Below are positions 58,902-64,000 of a DNA stretch of 64,000 nucleotides, one piece after another. The notes below the pieces were generated by a model. It made no database searches. It had not been told where the DNA came from and saw only the letters and a program-made list of their open reading frames with translations. The stretch covers positions 1,280,001-1,344,000 of the forward strand of contig CP067995.1 of NCBI GenBank assembly GCA_045159875.1, read 5' to 3'. A program made the translations under genes and the position numbers. How positions within the stretch are numbered: the stretch's first letter is position 1; each line of letters begins with the position of its first letter. Origin of the DNA: a cyanobacterium endosymbiont of Rhopalodia gibba (GTDB lineage Bacteria; Cyanobacteriota; Cyanobacteriia; Cyanobacteriales; Microcystaceae).

Positions 58902-60729
58902 TATTTCTCCCGACGAGCTACCCAAGGGGAAAGCGCGGGCTCCCTTGCTGCTCCACCAGTCTTTTCTAGATAAGAAATTGTCTTTTATCTATTTCTATCT
59001 AAACACCTCCACAGTTAAAAAGTTAAAACGACAAACTATATAATCAGCTGTAAATGTGTAGGTTTCTAACTACTAGAAAAACTCTTCTCCCCTTTTCTAG
59101 CTCCTTAGCATTGTCTACTGTCTAGCGCAGTCTAGGGATACGTATCCTCACTGTCTCAAACTCAAGGTTCGCCCTTTGATTTCTTAGCCTGTTTCCAATT
59201 GTCGGTTATACTTATTGTATTCCAGCTTCTACAGCTTCGTCTCAAGCCATGACCATACTTCTATCCCAGTGCTAAGACATTGTGGAACATGGTGCTTTCG
59301 TGTAAAAGCTAAGGCTTACTCTCATTCATGTTAGTTGGACACTCTACAATAACTTTACTATACAGCTCAGAAAAATACAATGGTCAGGATAAAAAAGTGA
59401 TAAACAATTAAGTCATTTTAACATCAAATGTAATTTCTGTTTTAGGGGGAAACTGTTAAATATTTTCTTTACCAAATTTTGAAGTATTACAATAAACATA
59501 CTTAATCAAATTGTAACTATATCAATATATATTGGTCATCGGTAAAAAATACATTTAGTTAATCACTGCCAATTTCATTTCAGTTGAAGCCTATGAAGAT
59601 AAAACTACAGCCAAAACAATTTTTGATCCATGGAGTGATAATCCAATCACTGGATTGATATTAAATTTCATCAAATAGCTTTTATCGATGTTATTCCTCA
59701 ATCATTGTAAATAACAATGAATATATTGTCCAGATATAAAGCTGACAGTTCTGTAAGTTTTCTTTATGAAATAAGCGAACTTTTTAACTAAATTTGAGAC
59801 GATTATTGTTAGTATCATGCTTTCATCTTTCTTTAAGAAGCCTCAACAACCCTGATAATTCAATAGTGATTAAACTGACTAATCACTATTGAGATTTAAA
59901 GATTGTTAAAAATCTAATAAACGTTGTGTAATAAAGAATTAAGTTATTTTTCAAAAATTTGAAACGTGACACATCGCTTATCTACTCAGCTGTTGCTAAC
60001 TCAATGATACTGACATTATAGCGACATGAGCTATTAAAGAGTATAATTCCAATAGCTTTGATGAAATTGCCTTCTAATTCCTAGAACATCTTTATATTTG
60101 TTGCAAAAGTAACATTGGCTTCATAGATGATGCAATCATCTATTTTTCTATCAATGGGCAAGTCATTTTATCCTTGACGATAGTTGTTTCTAAAAACTTT
60201 CTTATCTAGAATTATGTCCAATTGATACAAAGCAGTCTCTCCATCTTTCCCTAAATTTATGGCTCTTGGGCTACTGATAATTTAGATAAATGGGTAGCTA
60301 ATTCCTGAATACGCTGTATATGGACTCGTTCCGATTGACAGAGCAATTTCATCATGTGATATGTGCCCTGTGAGCATAGTATAAATCTTGCCCTAAAGCT
60401 TGTTTACGATTCGATTGGGAAAAGTAAAGTTTAGAGGCTACCTCATAGTCGCGAAGTTTGTCCATTTTTTTCCATCACTGAGTGAACAGACTAGAGGTTT
60501 ACGACCAATTTTAGGTAGAGATTTCTTTCAACAACTCCTTTCAACAAACACTTGATAAAACCAACACTTTTGCTGAAAATATTGGTTTTATTTGTACCTT
60601 TTCATAAGATGGTTACTAAATTTATACTCATGTTATCATTATCTTGTTTCTTAATAGTGAATACTAGAGCGATAGCTGAGTTACTCATTACAAACACTAA
60701 AAATACTCCTCACTGTGTAAACTAATTTG

Positions 60730-61369
60730 ACAGAATTTAGTACATCTAACCGCCAACCGTCAATCCCATAGTGCAGCCAATATTCTCTCGCCTGCATTAT
60801 GCATTCTCTAACGGCGGGATTGTTGTGATTAAATTGAGATCAGGCACGATAATTAATTCAAGAGAGGTAATTTACCGGCAAATTATCTTGATAAGTAGAC
60901 AATAGTCAAACGACGATTTTAAACCAATTTAAATAAGGAGAATTGGGTCCGTTTTCTAAGATTTCATTAAAGAAAAAAAACGACTGGCACAATTGAGAAA
61001 CCAGTCTAAGATAACTTTAAAGTTACGTTTATGGACTTCTTTTATGTAGTTTTTTGAAAACTTAATTTCTGCCTAAAAGAGGATCAACTGTATAGTAATT
61101 ATGGATGTGATAACGCTAATTAATAGCAGACTGAAAAATAGTATTAAAACATGAGACAGTAATACCTAAATCCTGTAAAGAATAAAGTATATCAATAACT
61201 ACGCCAAGATTCCCCCTTTATATCCTTAAAAAGTTGGAGAGACATCCCAATTTCCCAAGGTAGCACTCAATAACCATTGTTGATAGGAAAAAATTTTCTT
61301 TGCAAAACTACCAGGACAAACTTGCTCGAAAACAGCATGTTCAACTTAATCTAAAGTACAAATCAACAT
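60730..61369 (-). pseudogene. nplT: GH13 neopullulanase/cyclomaltodextrinase pseudogene (5' half)
   Basis: MLICTLD*VEHAVFEQ..GYKGG..LQDLGIT..IFQSAIN*RYHIHNYYTVDPLLG..FFNEILENGPNSPYLNWF..FNHNNPAVRE..YGIDGWRLDV. Confidence 0.88.
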
Positions 61370-61391
61370 TGTTGTTATTGCCTGTTTCTTC

Positions 61392-62450
61392 TTAGGGATA
61401 AAAACACAATTGAGGTAGTCCTAGGGTTTGATCCCAATCCATCATTAAGTTCAAGCACTGCACTGCCTGTCCGGCTTGACCCTTGATTAGGTTATCAATA
61501 GCAGACATAACGATGACGCGATCAGTATGGGGATCTGTTTCAACTCCAATATAACAAAGATTAGTTCCCCAGGCCCATTTAGTTTGAGGATAAATACCGT
61601 GAGGGAGAATTTTTACAAAAGGGAAGGAACGGTAAAATGCACTATAAATGGTCAGAATATCATCTCTAACTAGCCCAGGATCTCGTAGAGATGCATAAAC
61701 AGTTGCTAGAATACCTCGAACCATGGGGAGTAAATGGGGAGTAAACTGAACCCGAACTTCATGTCCGGCTAAATCAGAACAAATTTGTTCGATCTCTGGT
61801 GTGTGGCGATGTTTAGCCACTTCGTAAGCCATACATGACCCCTCTGCTTCTGCAAGTAAGAGATGAGTTTTAACTTGACGGCCTCCGCCTGATGTTCCTG
61901 ACTTAGCGTCAATAATAGCAGTCTCAGGAATAATTAAGCCTTGCTTGAGGAGAGGAGACAAAGCCATCAAACTTGCTGTAGGGTAACATCCAGGACATCC
62001 CACCAAAGAAGTAGACTTAATTTCTTCTTGGTACAATTCAGGAAGCCCATAGACAGATTGAATGGCGGTTTCGTGATCAGTGCGATTCTTGTTGTACCAC
62101 GCAGTGTAGGTGTCCAAATTACGAAAACGATAGTCTGCAGACAAATCTAGGACTTTACAGCCTTTTGCCAGTAATCGGGGGGCTAGCTCGCAAGCCAGCC
62201 CATTTGGAAGTCCTAAAAATACTACCTGACAACGAGAAGCTACCACATCTATGTCAATCGGTTCGATAGTCAAATCAACGCGATGTACTAAATGGGGATA
62301 GAGCTCCCAATAGACTTTTCCTACACTTCTATTGCCTCCAAGATAGACGATATCTATGTTTGGATGTTCTAGTAATATCCGCACCAGTTGTATACCACCG
62401 TACCCTGAAGCTCCAATAATCCCGACTGGTATTTTCTCTGATTCGCCCAT
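61392..62450 (-). CDS. argC: N-acetyl-gamma-glutamyl-phosphate reductase
   Basis: [31 protein letters not shown]. Confidence 0.97.
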   Translation of the reverse strand: MGESEKIPVGIIGASGYGGIQLVRILLEHPNIDIVYLGGNRSVGKVYWELYPHLVHRVDLTIEPIDIDVVASRCQVVFLGLPNGLACELAPRLLAKGCKVLDLSADYRFRNLDTYTAWYNKNRTDHETAIQSVYGLPELYQEEIKSTSLVGCPGCYPTASLMALSPLLKQGLIIPETAIIDAKSGTSGGGRQVKTHLLLAEAEGSCMAYEVAKHRHTPEIEQICSDLAGHEVRVQFTPHLLPMVRGILATVYASLRDPGLVRDDILTIYSAFYRSFPFVKILPHGIYPQTKWAWGTNLCYIGVETDPHTDRVIVMSAIDNLIKGQAGQAVQCLNLMMDWDQTLGLPQLCFYP

Positions 62451-64000
62451 AAATATTACTTCCTAGAGTTAAGCCACCGTCTCTATCTCACCTTGGCTAT
62501 TGTAGTCTCAAATCTTCCTCTTGAATCAAAAAAATTGTTGAAGCTTCTCGCTACATCACTTTAATAAAAATTAAATCAATAAATTTCTTTTAACAACTAT
62601 TCAATAGGTAATAGGTTGTTTTTATAAAAATTAACTATTTTCTTATTATCTAGTTTATTTTCTTGATCTTATTTTTTTAAGTTCTTTTAAATTGTCGCCC
62701 AAAAATATTAAGTATTATACTGTCTTAACACACCATAGAGTTATCTTAAAATTCACTGAATAAGCAGTTTATTATAGGTTATAGTTCTTTTAGACTGAGT
62801 ATAGTAGATGGGTCGCTAAGCAGGTAAGTTTAAATCAGTCTAAAACAGAAGTGTAGTTTAAAACGAGCGAGTATTCAGAATACTAGTCTATCTAAAAAAG
62901 ATAGTATAATTAGGGGATAGTGACTATCAAAGTTAAAATACCACCATAAGATTCTCTGTGAAATCAGAACAATGGCATAATATTTATATTGAAATACCAG
63001 TCCACAAAAAATGAAAATATTACAAACTATATTAAAAAATAGTAGGCTAATGAACAAGACAGAGGGTAAAAAAATGAATTAACTTAATTTAGTAGTTTCA
63101 TTAAAACTTGATAAATTTTCTAATAAAACTCAAAATAATGCAAGATAATGAGGGAATAAATACGGTGACAATTATCGCTAATAATTTATTATATATGCAG
63201 TTTAGTTAGACCAGAACTAAAAAGATAATAACAAGCATTGTATATATTTCTTTGTAAACTTAAATTGAAGAATCAAATACAATAGTAAAAAAATAGAATA
63301 AAATAAAAGATTATAAAATTACTGTAGGTATGCTTAAAGATGAATATTATTTAGCTAATACACTAAAAAAAGTCTTGCTTAAGATATTTTTTAGTGAAAT
63401 AGATTAAAGCCTTAATAACTTAAGTATATATACCTGAAGATAGGGGAGAATAAAAGTAATAATTTTAACTTTTATCCTGGATATATTTACTAGTAATAAA
63501 ATAAATATAATAGTAAATATATCGTAAAAATTAATTTTTTCTACTATAGAAATAATCTAGATAAAAACGATGTCTATAAAATTTTAGCTAGCTCCAAATC
63601 TTCCTTTACTTAAACTAAAAAATAATATCTATTTTTGAAAAAATATCAAAAATTAACACTTAAACAGAGTGCATTCTCTGTATCTTGTAACTGGTGAGTG
63701 GGCGACGGTGGCCAATTCTTGATTATGAAACAGGTTTTGACTGCAAAGGAAAAGACCAGGTAAAGGCTTATTTACTCCAAGGATAAATGCATAATTCTAC
63801 TATATGATTACCTCCTGCTCACCCTGTGAAGTTTGCCAGCCAACTCCCCTTTTATCTATCTCTGATCACATAACATACAAAATATTCAGTTTGCAGTCAT
63901 AGACTTAAATTTAAAAGACCTAGATGGCTGAGAGAACTTTTGAAAAGTTGCTTAGTGTATCGGCCCGTCTTACTACTGGCTACTTGTGATATATACTAGC

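Noticed and set aside
62780..64000. ORF 62875 and coding-like debris near the window end
   Set aside because: Unassignable, with multiple stops

Overview
A 64-kb chromosomal segment from a unicellular cyanobacterium (Chroococcales, Cyanothece/Crocosphaera-like proteins) undergoing reductive evolution. Only about 59% is intact CDS (my hand sum), and the very AT-rich spacers hold gene and IS relics. The chlorophyll gene bciB is pseudogenised while purF, purL and argC are intact, which best fits a non-photosynthetic endosymbiont such as a rhopalodiacean diatom spheroid body (inference). Intact housekeeping genes include purF, purL, fabG, clpB, glk, glgB, pdxH, rlmD, rnc, map, rpsB, tsf, argC, crtH, pxcA and tsaE. 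RNA features are tRNA-Lys(TTT), 6S RNA and an rpsB leader. Relics read by hand are bciB, a 1-Cys peroxiredoxin, a glycosyltransferase, a GH13 neopullulanase, a VOC protein, an RHS core and ISL3 elements. The most striking locus is a dTMP module (tmk, thyA-like, dut, dCMP deaminase). Its synthase is a three-domain fusion (MtrA-like, archaeal-type thymidylate synthase, DUF4346), and no DHFR gene lies nearby. Other notable items are two small proteins, many unrelated long perfect hairpins in decayed DNA, and an 81-bp in-frame duplication whose copies differ only synonymously. All family assignments come from remembered motifs, not database searches.
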